Shown: positions 52,138 to 61,780 of the stretch, one piece after another | Position numbering within the stretch: the stretch's first letter is position 1 | Layout: the number at the start of each line of letters is the position of its first letter | Origin: a virus | Taxonomy: Duplodnaviria > Caudoviricetes | Virus record (IMG/VR): IMGVR_UViG_2758568729_000001 | Location: 1-64,000 of that record | DNA: 64,000 bases | Direction: 5' to 3' (one strand) | Notes under the pieces: model-generated | Seen by the model: the letters and a program-made list of their open reading frames with translations, nothing else | Told to the model about the DNA's origin: nothing | Database searches by the model: none | Position numbers and translations under genes: made by a program

Positions 52138-52728
52138 GTGACCCGCCAGACGACCGCCCCGCTGACCCACCTGTCGCTGAATGTCACCAACCGGTTCGCG
52201 GACTTCTTCGTGCGCAACGTCGAGCGGGGCAACATACTCCTCGACGCCCCATACCAGCGCGGCTCCGTCTGGAGCGAAAGTCAGCGCATGGGACTGGTTC
52301 GCTCGTGGCTGATGGGCCTGCCGATCCCGGCGGTCGTCATCAACGACCGCACGTCGCCGGACTGGGCCCGCGCCAACCCGCAGGACCGCGAGGGAACCGG
52401 GTACGTGTACGCGGTCATCGACGGGAAGCAGCGGATCCTCACCGCCGTCGCCTGGTTCGGTGGCGAGCTGCGCGTGCCAGCCTCGTGGTTCCCCGCCAAA
52501 CACGTCGCCACCACGGAGGACACCGACGACGGCCCGCACGTCAGGTTCACCGGCCTCACCGAGGTCGGCCGCCGGTTCGCCGAGAACCGATGCGTGCTGC
52601 CCTGCGCCGAGGGTCGCCTTGCCAGCGTCGAGCAGGAGGCCGAGGTCTACCTGCTCGTTAACGGCGGCGGGACGCCGCAGACCACCACCGACATGGCCAA
52701 CGCCCGGCGTGTGGCCGAGGGGAAGTGA
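52138..52728 (+). CDS. Stand-alone DUF262 (ParB/Srx-like) protein
   Basis: PYQRGSVW, GLPIP, VIDGKQR, N.GGTP. Confidence 0.82.
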   Translation: MTRQTTAPLTHLSLNVTNRFADFFVRNVERGNILLDAPYQRGSVWSESQRMGLVRSWLMGLPIPAVVINDRTSPDWARANPQDREGTGYVYAVIDGKQRILTAVAWFGGELRVPASWFPAKHVATTEDTDDGPHVRFTGLTEVGRRFAENRCVLPCAEGRLASVEQEAEVYLLVNGGGTPQTTTDMANARRVAEGK

Positions 52729-53138
52729 CCATGTCCAAGCTGAAAGTCTTCACGCTCGGCAACCACGGGTTTATCGACACCCCGACCGGCGACGCCCTCA
52801 ACCTGCCATCCCACACTCGGCAGGCACGCGTCCTCGTCGCCGCTACGAGCAAAGCCCACGCGGTGCAGGTGCTCGCCGAGCGGGGCTTCCCGCACCACCC
52901 GCCACGCGACCCCGAATTCCGGACGGCGATGGGGAACGAGCTCAACGCCCTCATCGACGCCGGACTCTTGGCCGAACCGGCTGTGCTCGTGATGCCGCTC
53001 CTCGGCCACCCCGGCGACGGTGTCGTGGCGATGCAGCCCGGCGGCACCCCACGTCGGATCGGCCGCCTTGAAGGGGGTTGGGGCGAGCCGACGGTGTTCG
53101 TTGCTGACGACTTCCAGCGTGCGTCCGAGGGGAGCTGA
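52725..53138 (+). CDS. Hypothetical protein
   Basis: GTGA overlap. Confidence 0.6.
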   Translation: MTMSKLKVFTLGNHGFIDTPTGDALNLPSHTRQARVLVAATSKAHAVQVLAERGFPHHPPRDPEFRTAMGNELNALIDAGLLAEPAVLVMPLLGHPGDGVVAMQPGGTPRRIGRLEGGWGEPTVFVADDFQRASEGS

Positions 53139-53140
53139 CC

Positions 53141-53410
53141 GTGACCGTCCAGAGCACCAACGTCCTGGCCCGTGTCGCCGACGTCATCGAGCCGCACATC
53201 GACGGCACGTTCAAGGTCCGTGACCGGGCCGAGGGCATGGCCCGCCAGTTGTACGTCTGCGGTCTGCTGGCCGGCGGCGAACCGGGGCGCAGCAGCCTGC
53301 CGGTGCAGGAGCAGGCCGCAAACGTGTTGCAGTGCGTCCAGTCGTGGACGACCGCCGAGCAGATCGCCGCCGAGCTGGCTGAGGCCGGACTACTGCGACA
53401 GGAGAACTGA
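53141..53410 (+). CDS. Hypothetical protein
   Basis: Operon context. Confidence 0.55.
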   Translation: MTVQSTNVLARVADVIEPHIDGTFKVRDRAEGMARQLYVCGLLAGGEPGRSSLPVQEQAANVLQCVQSWTTAEQIAAELAEAGLLRQEN

Positions 53411-53412
53411 CC

Positions 53413-53727
53413 ATGCCCGAAACGACCGCCGCCGAGATGGCCGCGCTCACCATGCACGCCGAGTTCACCCGGGACCGGTTCAGAACACAGGTCACCCGAA
53501 CTGCCGCCCGGCTGCGGGACCTCGCCGACGACATCGAACGGGCCGCCGGCCGAATCGACTCCGTACCCACCCCCGGTGTGCCGTCGCACGTGACCATCGC
53601 CGGCAGCATCCAGCACGACGTGTTGTGGGCGGTGGCGAACATGCACCTCGACCAACTGGCGACGACCGCAGCGGAGGCGGACCAGCTCACCGCCCAGGTC
53701 AAAGCCGCCACGGCGCAGCAGGGCTGA
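53413..53727 (+). CDS. Hypothetical protein
   Basis: AGGAG RBS. Confidence 0.6.
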   Translation: MPETTAAEMAALTMHAEFTRDRFRTQVTRTAARLRDLADDIERAAGRIDSVPTPGVPSHVTIAGSIQHDVLWAVANMHLDQLATTAAEADQLTAQVKAATAQQG

Positions 53728-53729
53728 CC

Positions 53730-53942
53730 ATGCCCAGGCCGTACTGGACCGCAGCCCTGCCGGTTGGATCCGTCATCGAGCACGACGGGATGACGGTGAA
53801 AAAGACCCACGACTCCGACCGGGAACCGTTCCCGTGGACCTCGGAGAACGGCACCGAGTACGACGACGAGTGGGCCGCCAATGCTGTCGCCGACGGCGGA
53901 GTCCTGACCGAGCCCGAGCCGACTACCAACCCGAGCATCTGA
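53730..53942 (+). CDS. Hypothetical protein
   Basis: ALPVGSVI motif; operon context. Confidence 0.55.
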   Translation: MPRPYWTAALPVGSVIEHDGMTVKKTHDSDREPFPWTSENGTEYDDEWAANAVADGGVLTEPEPTTNPSI

Positions 53943-53953
53943 GGAGGAGCCTC

Positions 53954-54415
53954 GTGTCCGACCAGGACCCGCACAACCCGGACCAGACCCACCCCGACCC
54001 GGCCGTCCAGGCGCTCATCGACGCCGCGTGGCTCGGCCAGTGGGACGTGCCGGTCACCGTGGACGACCTTGTCACCGCCGCCCGCCTCGTCCGGGCCGCC
54101 GGCACCGGCGCTGTTTCCCTGCCCACCGAATGGGCCGTGAACGTCACCTTCGCCGACGGGAAGGTGAAGACCACCACGGCCGAGAACGAGGAGCACGCGG
54201 CGGTGGTCGCTGACAGCATGGCTACCTACCTCGACACCCTGAACGCGCCGACGCGGATCGCGTTCGGTGCGACCAAGGTCGAGATCGTCAGCCGGCGCAG
54301 CGAATTCCTTCCCGGTATGGACGCCCGGCTCATCCACGGGTGGCGGCACGTCCGCGACGGGCGGGCGTTCGACTTCGACGACGTCGCCAAGGAAATGGAG
54401 GCCGGACGTGGCTGA
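53954..54415 (+). CDS. Hypothetical protein
   Basis: GGAGGAG RBS. Confidence 0.6.
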   Translation: MSDQDPHNPDQTHPDPAVQALIDAAWLGQWDVPVTVDDLVTAARLVRAAGTGAVSLPTEWAVNVTFADGKVKTTTAENEEHAAVVADSMATYLDTLNAPTRIAFGATKVEIVSRRSEFLPGMDARLIHGWRHVRDGRAFDFDDVAKEMEAGRG

Positions 54416-54743
54416 CACCACGAAGGTCCGGACCCGCAGCGAGGCGTTCCGGGTGGCGGTCGCCGAGTTGATGGCCGTATCCGAAGACGATTACGCCTTC
54501 ACGCGCCCGGACGCGGAGCAGATCAGCAAGCGGACCCTGGCAACCGCCATCGCCTCGGCGCAGGACGTGCCCCGGCTCGCCGACGACGTCGACCGGCTGA
54601 CCGGGGCGCTCCGCGACATCGAGAAAGTCGCCGCAGGGGTCCTTCTCGAACTGGCCGTCACCATGCCGGACGCCCCGGAATCACTCCGGAACCTGCTCAA
54701 CACGTTCCGGGACCGGGCACACCGGGCGGTGACCAATGGCTAA
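54408..54743 (+). CDS. Hypothetical protein
   Basis: GGAGG RBS; IASAQDVPRL..DVDRL. Confidence 0.55.
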   Translation: MADTTKVRTRSEAFRVAVAELMAVSEDDYAFTRPDAEQISKRTLATAIASAQDVPRLADDVDRLTGALRDIEKVAAGVLLELAVTMPDAPESLRNLLNTFRDRAHRAVTNG

Positions 54744-54921
54744 CACCACCCGCCGCCGGCTCGCCGAGGTGTGCTTCTGGGCCGGGGTCGCCGCCCTCAC
54801 GATCGTCCTCTTCGGCACCACCCCGCGCACGGTCGAGCTCATCACCGCTCTGATCGGCGTGGTCCTCTTCCTCGCCGCCCGGTGGTTCGGCGCCCAGCAG
54901 GAGCGTGACCACCGTGGTTGA
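54736..54921 (+). CDS. Small two-TM membrane protein
   Basis: Two hydrophobic segments. Confidence 0.55.
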   Translation: MANTTRRRLAEVCFWAGVAALTIVLFGTTPRTVELITALIGVVLFLAARWFGAQQERDHRG

Positions 54922-55210
54922 CCAGCGCCCCGGGTACGCCACCCCAACCCTGACAACCATGGTCGCGCCCGACACGTTCGCCGGCCTGCTGGCCCAGGCC
55001 CGCACCCGCGTCCTGACCCAGCTCGCCAAAGCAGCCGCCGACGGTGCCGCCGAGATGCGCCGCCGCGGCCGGCTGATCCCCGATCCGGTGCCTGGTCTCG
55101 AAGCCGACGCCGAAGCCCTCGACCGGTACGCCGCCGAATGCCGGGCCGCCGCCGCCGACGACACCCTGCCGACACCGTCCGGACCCCACTACCCGAGGAG
55201 GCACCCATGA
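54905..55210 (+). CDS. Hypothetical protein
   Basis: Overlap chain. Confidence 0.5.
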   Translation: MTTVVDQRPGYATPTLTTMVAPDTFAGLLAQARTRVLTQLAKAAADGAAEMRRRGRLIPDPVPGLEADAEALDRYAAECRAAAADDTLPTPSGPHYPRRHP

Positions 55211-55524
55211 CCGACCGACCCAAAATGGAGATCCACTACGCGGACGGGTGGGCCGCCCTGTACGTAGACGGCCAGGTCGACCCCGACACCGTCGGCGACT
55301 CGCACCTTGCCGAGGAGCGCGCCTTCGAACTGCTCGGGGTGAAGCAGGTTCAGAACGACGCGTTCATGTGCGGCCAGTCGCAGCGGGACGGTGTCGCCCC
55401 GAGGCTCGACGACGTCGCCGCGTACCGGAAGGAGCGGGACGCCCGTCGCGCCGAGGCAAACCGGCTCCGCAGGCAGGCCGCCGAACTGCTCCAGCAGGCA
55501 GACACGCTGGACACGAGCCGGTGA
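55207..55524 (+). CDS. Hypothetical protein
   Basis: GGAGG RBS; WAALYVDG. Confidence 0.6.
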   Translation: MTDRPKMEIHYADGWAALYVDGQVDPDTVGDSHLAEERAFELLGVKQVQNDAFMCGQSQRDGVAPRLDDVAAYRKERDARRAEANRLRRQAAELLQQADTLDTSR

Positions 55525-56159
55525 GCACCGACCGGATCCTCACCCAACGCGACCACCTCACCGCCATGGTCGCCCTCGACACGATCGCACCACTCACCAC
55601 CCGGGTCCGGAGCTTCCTCGCCCACGGCCGCCGCATCACCCTCACCAAGAGGTACACCTACGAGGACAGCCCGCCGGAGGTCACCGTTGGTCTCGCCCTG
55701 AACGCCGTTGACGTGTGGAAGCAGCCCGACGCGGCCGGCTTCACCGTCCGACTGAAACCCGGCATCCTCGTCCAGTTCGGGATGGCCGCCTACGCCTCCG
55801 ACGGCGATGTCACCGAGCAGGCGGCGTGGGCCCGGTATCACGCCGACACCGACCGGCGCCGGAACATGACCCGGGTCGACATCACCGGTGGGCTACCCGA
55901 CGACGGCCCCGCCCGTGACGACCGGATCGCCATCCGGGCATGGAACCAGCACGGGGTGTGCACCGAAACCGTGGTGGCATTTGACCCCGGCCCCGACACC
56001 GACATGGTCGCCCGGCACCTGTACGTCCGCGACTGGGACACCGACACCCACGACGCCGCCCACCGCTGGGACATGGGCAACGTGTCCGAGTTGCAGGTGG
56101 CCGACTACCGGGAGGCCGCCCGGAAGCTCCTCGCCGCCATCAACGAACCGGAGCGGTGA
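55521..56159 (+). CDS. Hypothetical protein
   Basis: GTGA overlap. Confidence 0.6.
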   Translation: MSTDRILTQRDHLTAMVALDTIAPLTTRVRSFLAHGRRITLTKRYTYEDSPPEVTVGLALNAVDVWKQPDAAGFTVRLKPGILVQFGMAAYASDGDVTEQAAWARYHADTDRRRNMTRVDITGGLPDDGPARDDRIAIRAWNQHGVCTETVVAFDPGPDTDMVARHLYVRDWDTDTHDAAHRWDMGNVSELQVADYREAARKLLAAINEPER

Positions 56160-56659
56160 CGATGACTGACTACCTCGACCCGGCCGACGTAGCTGCCCTC
56201 AGGATGTTGGCCGGCGCTAACTTCCTCCATGGGGCGAGCGTCGTCCTGCCTTCTGGGCGGACGCTCGACCCCAACGAGGTTCAGGCGCTCGCGTCGGCGT
56301 ACGCGCCATCAGCACGGGACGGCCGAGAAGAGGCCGACAACCCTGAAGTTGGCGTGGGGCCAGCCGTCGATCTGTACCTCGCGGGAGGCGGCAACCCGGC
56401 GAACGCGCGAACCATGGCCCTGCTCCGTGAGGCAGACCGGGGCGCCGCACGCCGACAGCGTCCGGTAGCCGGTACACCGGTCGCGCCCGAAAGTGTCCTA
56501 CTGAAGACCCCGAGGTTGCCTTCCTGGCCCTACAGGTATCCGCCCCTGAGTTGGCTGCACGCGGCCATTTCGTGGTGCGGTGACACCCCGTTCCGGGTCG
56601 CAGTCACGATGACAACGTGCGTCGCAGGCGGCATCCTGGTGGTGGTCCTCTGTGGCTGA
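56156..56659 (+). CDS. Hypothetical protein with C-terminal TM helix
   Basis: GTGA overlap. Confidence 0.5.
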   Translation: MTMTDYLDPADVAALRMLAGANFLHGASVVLPSGRTLDPNEVQALASAYAPSARDGREEADNPEVGVGPAVDLYLAGGGNPANARTMALLREADRGAARRQRPVAGTPVAPESVLLKTPRLPSWPYRYPPLSWLHAAISWCGDTPFRVAVTMTTCVAGGILVVVLCG

Positions 56660-57098
56660 CCTGACCGACGCCGAACGGCTGGCCGAAGCCAGCGAGACCA
56701 TCATCGGCGCCATCGAGAACGGCCCGTGGGTGCTGATCCCGGACCCCACCCTGCGCGCCCTGGTCGGCGGGTACGTCGCCGAAACCTGCCACACGGTGGC
56801 GTCCGCCGCCGGCCTCGACCAGGCCATGGAACGGGCCCACGACGCCATGCCGCAGCGGCTCGGCACTACCCTGCCGGTGGTGACCCCGGACGCCCGGGAG
56901 CGGATCGCGAAACACCTGTGGGTCGCCGACGCCGGTGACCCCGACACGTGGGACCGGATCCGGGCCGCCGAAACCGCGCTCGCCGAGTACAACGCCGCCG
57001 GCGGTAGCGCCCTTCGGCTGGTCGAGTCGGACCGCCGTGCCCGGCTGCTGGCGTGGGCGGACAAGATCCTGGCCATCGCCACCAGCAAGAAGGACTGA
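56652..57098 (+). CDS. Hypothetical protein
   Basis: Overlap chain. Confidence 0.6.
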   Translation: MADLTDAERLAEASETIIGAIENGPWVLIPDPTLRALVGGYVAETCHTVASAAGLDQAMERAHDAMPQRLGTTLPVVTPDARERIAKHLWVADAGDPDTWDRIRAAETALAEYNAAGGSALRLVESDRRARLLAWADKILAIATSKKD

Positions 57099-57139
57099 CC
57101 GGCAACGCCGGAACCAACACCCAACAGAGCGGAGACCGC

Positions 57140-57391
57140 ATGCACACCGAAGAGACCGTGGCCGAGATGCTGACCGAACCCGAGGACGGAACCCGTCTCG
57201 TCGTCCAGAACGGCGACACCGAGTTCAAGGTCATCTGGCGTGACGACGCCGAAGCCAAGAACTGGAGCCCCAACAAGACCGACCGCTGGTTCGACGCCGA
57301 AGACTCCGACCCGATGGAGCTGTACCAGCACGTCAAGTACGCCACGGCCGTCTACCCCCTCGGGGAACCGCTGGCCGTTTACGGCCGCTGA
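57140..57391 (+). CDS. Small acidic protein
   Basis: GGAG RBS. Confidence 0.6.
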   Translation: MHTEETVAEMLTEPEDGTRLVVQNGDTEFKVIWRDDAEAKNWSPNKTDRWFDAEDSDPMELYQHVKYATAVYPLGEPLAVYGR

Positions 57392-57400
57392 CCCGACAAC

Positions 57401-57438
57401 ACGAAAGCCGGCCACCCGAACAGGGCGGCCGGCTTCGT
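57401..57438. terminator. Terminator between convergent genes
   Basis: AAGCCGGCC/GGCCGGCTT stem. Confidence 0.7.
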
Positions 57439-57448
57439 CGTGTGTGCG

Positions 57449-58855
57449 TCAGGCGCCGAGGATCTGGTCCCGCCAACGCCACGCCAGGTCGATGCACCCC
57501 GCCCCGGCCGGTGCCACCCGGCCGCCGGCCAGCAGCTCCCGAATCGCCTGCTCGGTGAACGGCACCGTCTCGGCCATCACACCCTCATCGTTCCGGTCGA
57601 CGAAGTCAGCGCTCAACTCGTCGAACAGGTCCGGGTCGATCACGGCGACGGTCAGCACCTCACCGATCAGGGTCAACGCGTCCAACGCCACCCCGAGCGC
57701 GTACACCCGCAACCTGCCGTCGGCCCGCGCCGCGTCCAGTCCGGCGAACGGCTCCACGGTGTAGTCGACCGGGTCCCCGTCCCCGCCGGCCTCGGCCAGG
57801 CCCAACAGCTCCTCGCTGTACTCCCGCTGAATGTTCCGCCACAACGAGAAGTCAGCCGCGGCCCCGGCCGGTAGGACCGACGACGGCTGGAAAATCCCGC
57901 TGGGGATCACCTGCAACATGCCGCCGGCCGACGCCACCGAACGCGGATCCCGCCGGTGCAGCAAGAACGACGGCTCCGACCCGCCCCGGATCGTCAGCGT
58001 CGAGATCGCCGACACCAACGGCCGGCGGCCCAAGTCGAACGGGTCGCCAATCAACTTCCGGTACGGCAGGTCCCGCAACGCCGTCGGCCGCACCTGGCCG
58101 CCGTCGAGCGCCACGTAGGCCAGCTCGTGGGCGACGACCTCCGCGATGTCGACCGACGCGAAGTAGCTGCTGTCGGCGTACGCCATCTGCCCCGAACCGC
58201 CGGCCCAGCCGATGTCGGTCAGCCGCCAGCACATGCGGTTCTCAAACAACCTCGGCTGGGACAAGTCCCGGATCGCGTGCGTGTACCGGGGGTACCGGCG
58301 GACCAGGGTGTTCATCGGCCGCACCAGCGCCGACGCCTCCTCCGTCCCGTCCAGCACCGGCGGCATCGCGGCCGGGTCCGCGCGGAGCTCGACGTCCCGC
58401 AGGTCGACCGGGCCGTCCGGCAACCACCCGGGCCCGGCGATCAGGCCGGTGTCGCCGAGCGCAGTCGACCCGTACAAGCCGGCAGCGGCCAGGGCCAGGC
58501 GCCGCCGGTTGCCGTTGAGCGCGGCCCGGGTGGTCCGCCACTGCTGTTGGCTGTCGGCGACACGCGGATCCAACTCGTCGGTCATGAACTCCCAATCGTG
58601 AGGCTTCCGAGGTTTCGGCACGGTGGGGGAGGACAGGCCAAGCTGGTCGACCGTGGTCCCGAGGGCGGTCGCAAGGTGACCGCGGTTCCGGACCCCTGGC
58701 TGCACGACACCTGTTTCCCACCGTGACACCGACCGGCCCGTAACCGCGCTACTGCGGCCCGCAAGACGGTTGATCTCGTCCGCCAGGCCCTCCTGGGTAA
58801 GCCCCTTGCTTTCGCGCAGCTCGCTAAGTCGGTTCGGTGTCCCGTTCATGTTCAC
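57449..58855 (-). CDS. XRE HTH fused to a NUDIX-like C-terminal domain
   Basis: GLTQEGLA...VSRWETG; LLHRR...IPSG.FQP...IQREYSEELLG. Confidence 0.75.
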   Translation of the reverse strand: MNMNGTPNRLSELRESKGLTQEGLADEINRLAGRSSAVTGRSVSRWETGVVQPGVRNRGHLATALGTTVDQLGLSSPTVPKPRKPHDWEFMTDELDPRVADSQQQWRTTRAALNGNRRRLALAAAGLYGSTALGDTGLIAGPGWLPDGPVDLRDVELRADPAAMPPVLDGTEEASALVRPMNTLVRRYPRYTHAIRDLSQPRLFENRMCWRLTDIGWAGGSGQMAYADSSYFASVDIAEVVAHELAYVALDGGQVRPTALRDLPYRKLIGDPFDLGRRPLVSAISTLTIRGGSEPSFLLHRRDPRSVASAGGMLQVIPSGIFQPSSVLPAGAAADFSLWRNIQREYSEELLGLAEAGGDGDPVDYTVEPFAGLDAARADGRLRVYALGVALDALTLIGEVLTVAVIDPDLFDELSADFVDRNDEGVMAETVPFTEQAIRELLAGGRVAPAGAGCIDLAWRWRDQILGA

Positions 58856-59029
58856 CGCCTCGGTGCGCTCATCGGATCAGCAATCCGACACCAGCGTATG
58901 GGCAGCCATTCAGCAATGCGCATGGGCTGCTGACCGGCTGCGGTGCAAATGCCGTTCCCTGCGGCGCTCGACCGGATCACGGTGGACATCAGCAGGTGAT
59001 CAACGGCAGGGCGGGAGTGGAACGTGGTC

Positions 59030-59311
59030 CTACAAGCCATCGGGGTGGTCGGCGTCGCGCCACTTTCGCGACTCGGCCAGCACCGCGAGCACATCCTCGG
59101 GGTGGCACAGCCGGTCGCCGGATGGGTCGAGTCGGTATCGGATCAGGATCCGCTTCGCGCCGAATCGGGCGCCCTTGGTGAGCCAGCGGTCGACGCTGGA
59201 CCGCGATGCCGGTTTGCCGGGACGCCCGAACAGGATCATCAGGTCACCGATCTTGACCTCTTCGCCCTCGTTCAGCCGCCGCTCGACATCGGCCGCGTTC
59301 TCTTCGTCCAC
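59030..59311 (-). CDS. Small MerR/Xis-like DNA-binding protein
   Basis: SRSSVDRWL...IRYRLDPSGDRLCHPEDVLAVL resembles the BldC/Xis wing. Confidence 0.5.
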   Translation of the reverse strand: MDEENAADVERRLNEGEEVKIGDLMILFGRPGKPASRSSVDRWLTKGARFGAKRILIRYRLDPSGDRLCHPEDVLAVLAESRKWRDADHPDGL

Positions 59312-59529
59312 GCTTCGCCCCCTCACCCGTGTTGGCGGTGATCTTAACCGCGACTTCGGGGCGAGGCGTACAGCCGGACGGCTCGACGCTGCGGGTGTCA
59401 CGGTGAATCAGTGTACCGCTCATCTCTGTCATGCCGAGTATCCCGGATAGCCCGATCATCCCGAGTGTGGCACACTTCGACAAGGAAGACCCCCACGAAC
59501 CCAGACCCAAGCGATGAGGAGGAAGGCCC

Positions 59530-61260
59530 GTGATCCAGACCGCCACGGCCCAGTCGAGCCCCGGCATCCCCGGTTGGCTGACTCCCGTCGCCGACTTCGT
59601 TGCGACGTACGCATCCGCGTTCCTCTTCGGAGCCGGAGCGGTCGGGGCGGTGCTCGCCATCACCATGCTCGCCAAGTTCCTCCGCACCGGGCACGCCCAC
59701 AAAAAGCTCGGCAACCTCGCGGTCCTACTCGCCACCGGCTTCGCCATGGAAGGCATGTTCGAGGTCGCCCGACACCGACTCGACCTCACCTTGGCGCTCG
59801 CCGTCGTGTTCTGCGCGACCTTCGAGATCCTTGCCGCCTGGTTGGGGGCGCTCGCCCGCCACAAGCGCAAGCTCGACCCGCTCGCCGACATCGCCCGCTA
59901 CATGAGCGGGCTGTGGGCCGTAGCCATCGTCTCCGGAATCATCGCCTGCACCGCCGGCAACAACCTCACCGAAGTCCTGCTCCGCCTCGTGAGCCCCTGC
60001 GCCGCCGGCCTGGTCTGGTGGATCAACCTCATGGCCGACCGGCCGGCGACGACCACCACCCGGCCCCGGTCCACGTGGATTTACACCCCGCGAGAGATCT
60101 GCATCCGCCTTAAGCTCATCCGGCCCGGCGAGCAGGACATCAACGTGGCCGCCCGGGAGCATCGGGTCAACACCATGCTCCGGGTCGCCGCCGGCCTCGT
60201 CACCGCCGACCCGGTCCGCGGCCAGAAGCTCGCCGACAAGCTGAGCCGCCTCGCCACCGACGACGAAGACGTGGTGACCGAGGTCGCCGAGCGGTACCGG
60301 CGAGGCGCCACCGTCCAAGAACAGATCTTCGGCCGCATCCTGATCCAGCCACACACCCGGCTCACCGCGGCCGTCACCGTGCCGGCCGCATGGTGGGAGG
60401 GCATCCTGCCGCACCGACGGGTTCGCCGGCTCGCTGCCGTACTGGCCACCGAGCAAGCGAACGCAGCCGCAACCCTGGCCGCCGCTCACGCCGAGACCGA
60501 ACGGGTGAGTGGGTCTCTCGCCGAGATGACCGAGCTGTTCGAGACCGCCTCCACTGAGGCGCAGCGAGAGAGTGAGAAGGCCACTCAGGCTCTCAACGCC
60601 CAGCGCGCTGCCGAGAGGGACGCGTCCGAGAGTCGACGAGAGATTGAGAGGGTGCGGGCAGAGGTCACCGCTGCGATCGAACGCGAGAGGGCAGCCGTTG
60701 CCGCCCGGGTCGCCGCCGTACGAGCTGAGACCGACGAGACTGCCCGGCGGGTTCAGGAACTCGACCGGCAACTCATCGAGACGCGCGCTCTCACCTCTCA
60801 CGCCAAGCAGACCATCGCCGACCTGCGGGAACGCCTCGCCGACCAGGAAGCACTGCATCGCCGGGAGCTGGACGCCACCATCGGCCGAATGAGCGCCGAG
60901 AGGGCAGCCGCCGTCGCGACCGCCCGAGAGGAAGCTCTCGCCTCTCGCCGGGACCGCCCAGCACCCGCCCGCCGGGACAGCGGTGAGAGGACTCCCAAGA
61001 GCGGGGGCGACTCTCGCTCACCGGAGTGGACCGATCAGCAGTTGCAGGCGTTCAAACTCCGCGACAGCAACCCGGCTCTCACCGTGAAGGACATCGCCGA
61101 TCAGATCGGTGTGGGTGAGAGCACCGTCTTCCGGTGGTTCCAGCGCCGCAAGGAAGCGGCCAAGACTCTCGCTCCGGCGGTGCCGACACTCCCGCTCCCG
61201 GACCCCCGTCAGCCCGTGACCGCCGGCACGAACGGCACCCACGTCAACACCGAGAAGTGA
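59530..61260 (+). CDS. SpdB-like membrane protein (TM helices, coiled coil, C-terminal HTH)
   Basis: About five TM segments, long E/R/A coiled coil, TVKDIADQIGVGESTVFRW. Confidence 0.7.
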   Translation: MIQTATAQSSPGIPGWLTPVADFVATYASAFLFGAGAVGAVLAITMLAKFLRTGHAHKKLGNLAVLLATGFAMEGMFEVARHRLDLTLALAVVFCATFEILAAWLGALARHKRKLDPLADIARYMSGLWAVAIVSGIIACTAGNNLTEVLLRLVSPCAAGLVWWINLMADRPATTTTRPRSTWIYTPREICIRLKLIRPGEQDINVAAREHRVNTMLRVAAGLVTADPVRGQKLADKLSRLATDDEDVVTEVAERYRRGATVQEQIFGRILIQPHTRLTAAVTVPAAWWEGILPHRRVRRLAAVLATEQANAAATLAAAHAETERVSGSLAEMTELFETASTEAQRESEKATQALNAQRAAERDASESRREIERVRAEVTAAIERERAAVAARVAAVRAETDETARRVQELDRQLIETRALTSHAKQTIADLRERLADQEALHRRELDATIGRMSAERAAAVATAREEALASRRDRPAPARRDSGERTPKSGGDSRSPEWTDQQLQAFKLRDSNPALTVKDIADQIGVGESTVFRWFQRRKEAAKTLAPAVPTLPLPDPRQPVTAGTNGTHVNTEK

Positions 61261-61271
61261 AGGAGACCTAC

Positions 61272-61508
61272 ATGGAGAACACACCCGTCACGGTTGACGC
61301 CGTCCGGTCCAAGCGCCGACAGGCGCCCCCGGCCCCAAGCCCGCTCCCTCTGTCGACCGGCCTGTTCAGCGTGAGTGGCGTCGTCGGGGTCCTTGGAGCG
61401 GTGTCCGTCTACGCAAATCGGCCCGAACAGGCCGCAATCGTCCTCTCGGTCATGGCGCTACTGCTGATCACAGCGGTCGCCGAGCGAATCAAGGAGCGGC
61501 GGCCGTGA
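61272..61508 (+). CDS. Small two-TM (Spd-like) protein
   Basis: AAGGAG RBS; two TM helices. Confidence 0.6.
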   Translation: MENTPVTVDAVRSKRRQAPPAPSPLPLSTGLFSVSGVVGVLGAVSVYANRPEQAAIVLSVMALLLITAVAERIKERRP

Positions 61509-61630
61509 GACGCACCGAGATCGAACCGCACCAAAACCGACCGGCGGCACCCCTGATCTACGGGCTACTGGCGGCGATCCTCGTCGTTCTCCTGGCTGGA
61601 TTCCTCCTCGGCCTCTGGCGGTCACTCTAG
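61505..61630 (+). CDS. Small single-TM protein
   Basis: GTGA overlap; hydrophobic. Confidence 0.45.
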   Translation: MRRTEIEPHQNRPAAPLIYGLLAAILVVLLAGFLLGLWRSL

Positions 61631-61634
61631 GTGA

Positions 61635-61757
61635 TTGTCGGGTTGTCGGTCCGACAACCCGACAAGCCGATGTGGGTACTCCGTCTCCAGGTCAGACCCC
61701 AACCCTGGCGGGTCGACAACACAACCGACAGCCCGACAACCGACAACCCGACAACAC
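61635..61757. repeat. clt-like cluster of 8-bp CCGACAAC repeats
   Basis: Two inverted plus about seven direct (C)CGACA(A/G) copies, intergenic in the transfer locus. Confidence 0.7.
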
Positions 61758-61780
61758 GTAGCGTCACAGAAGGAGGGTCC

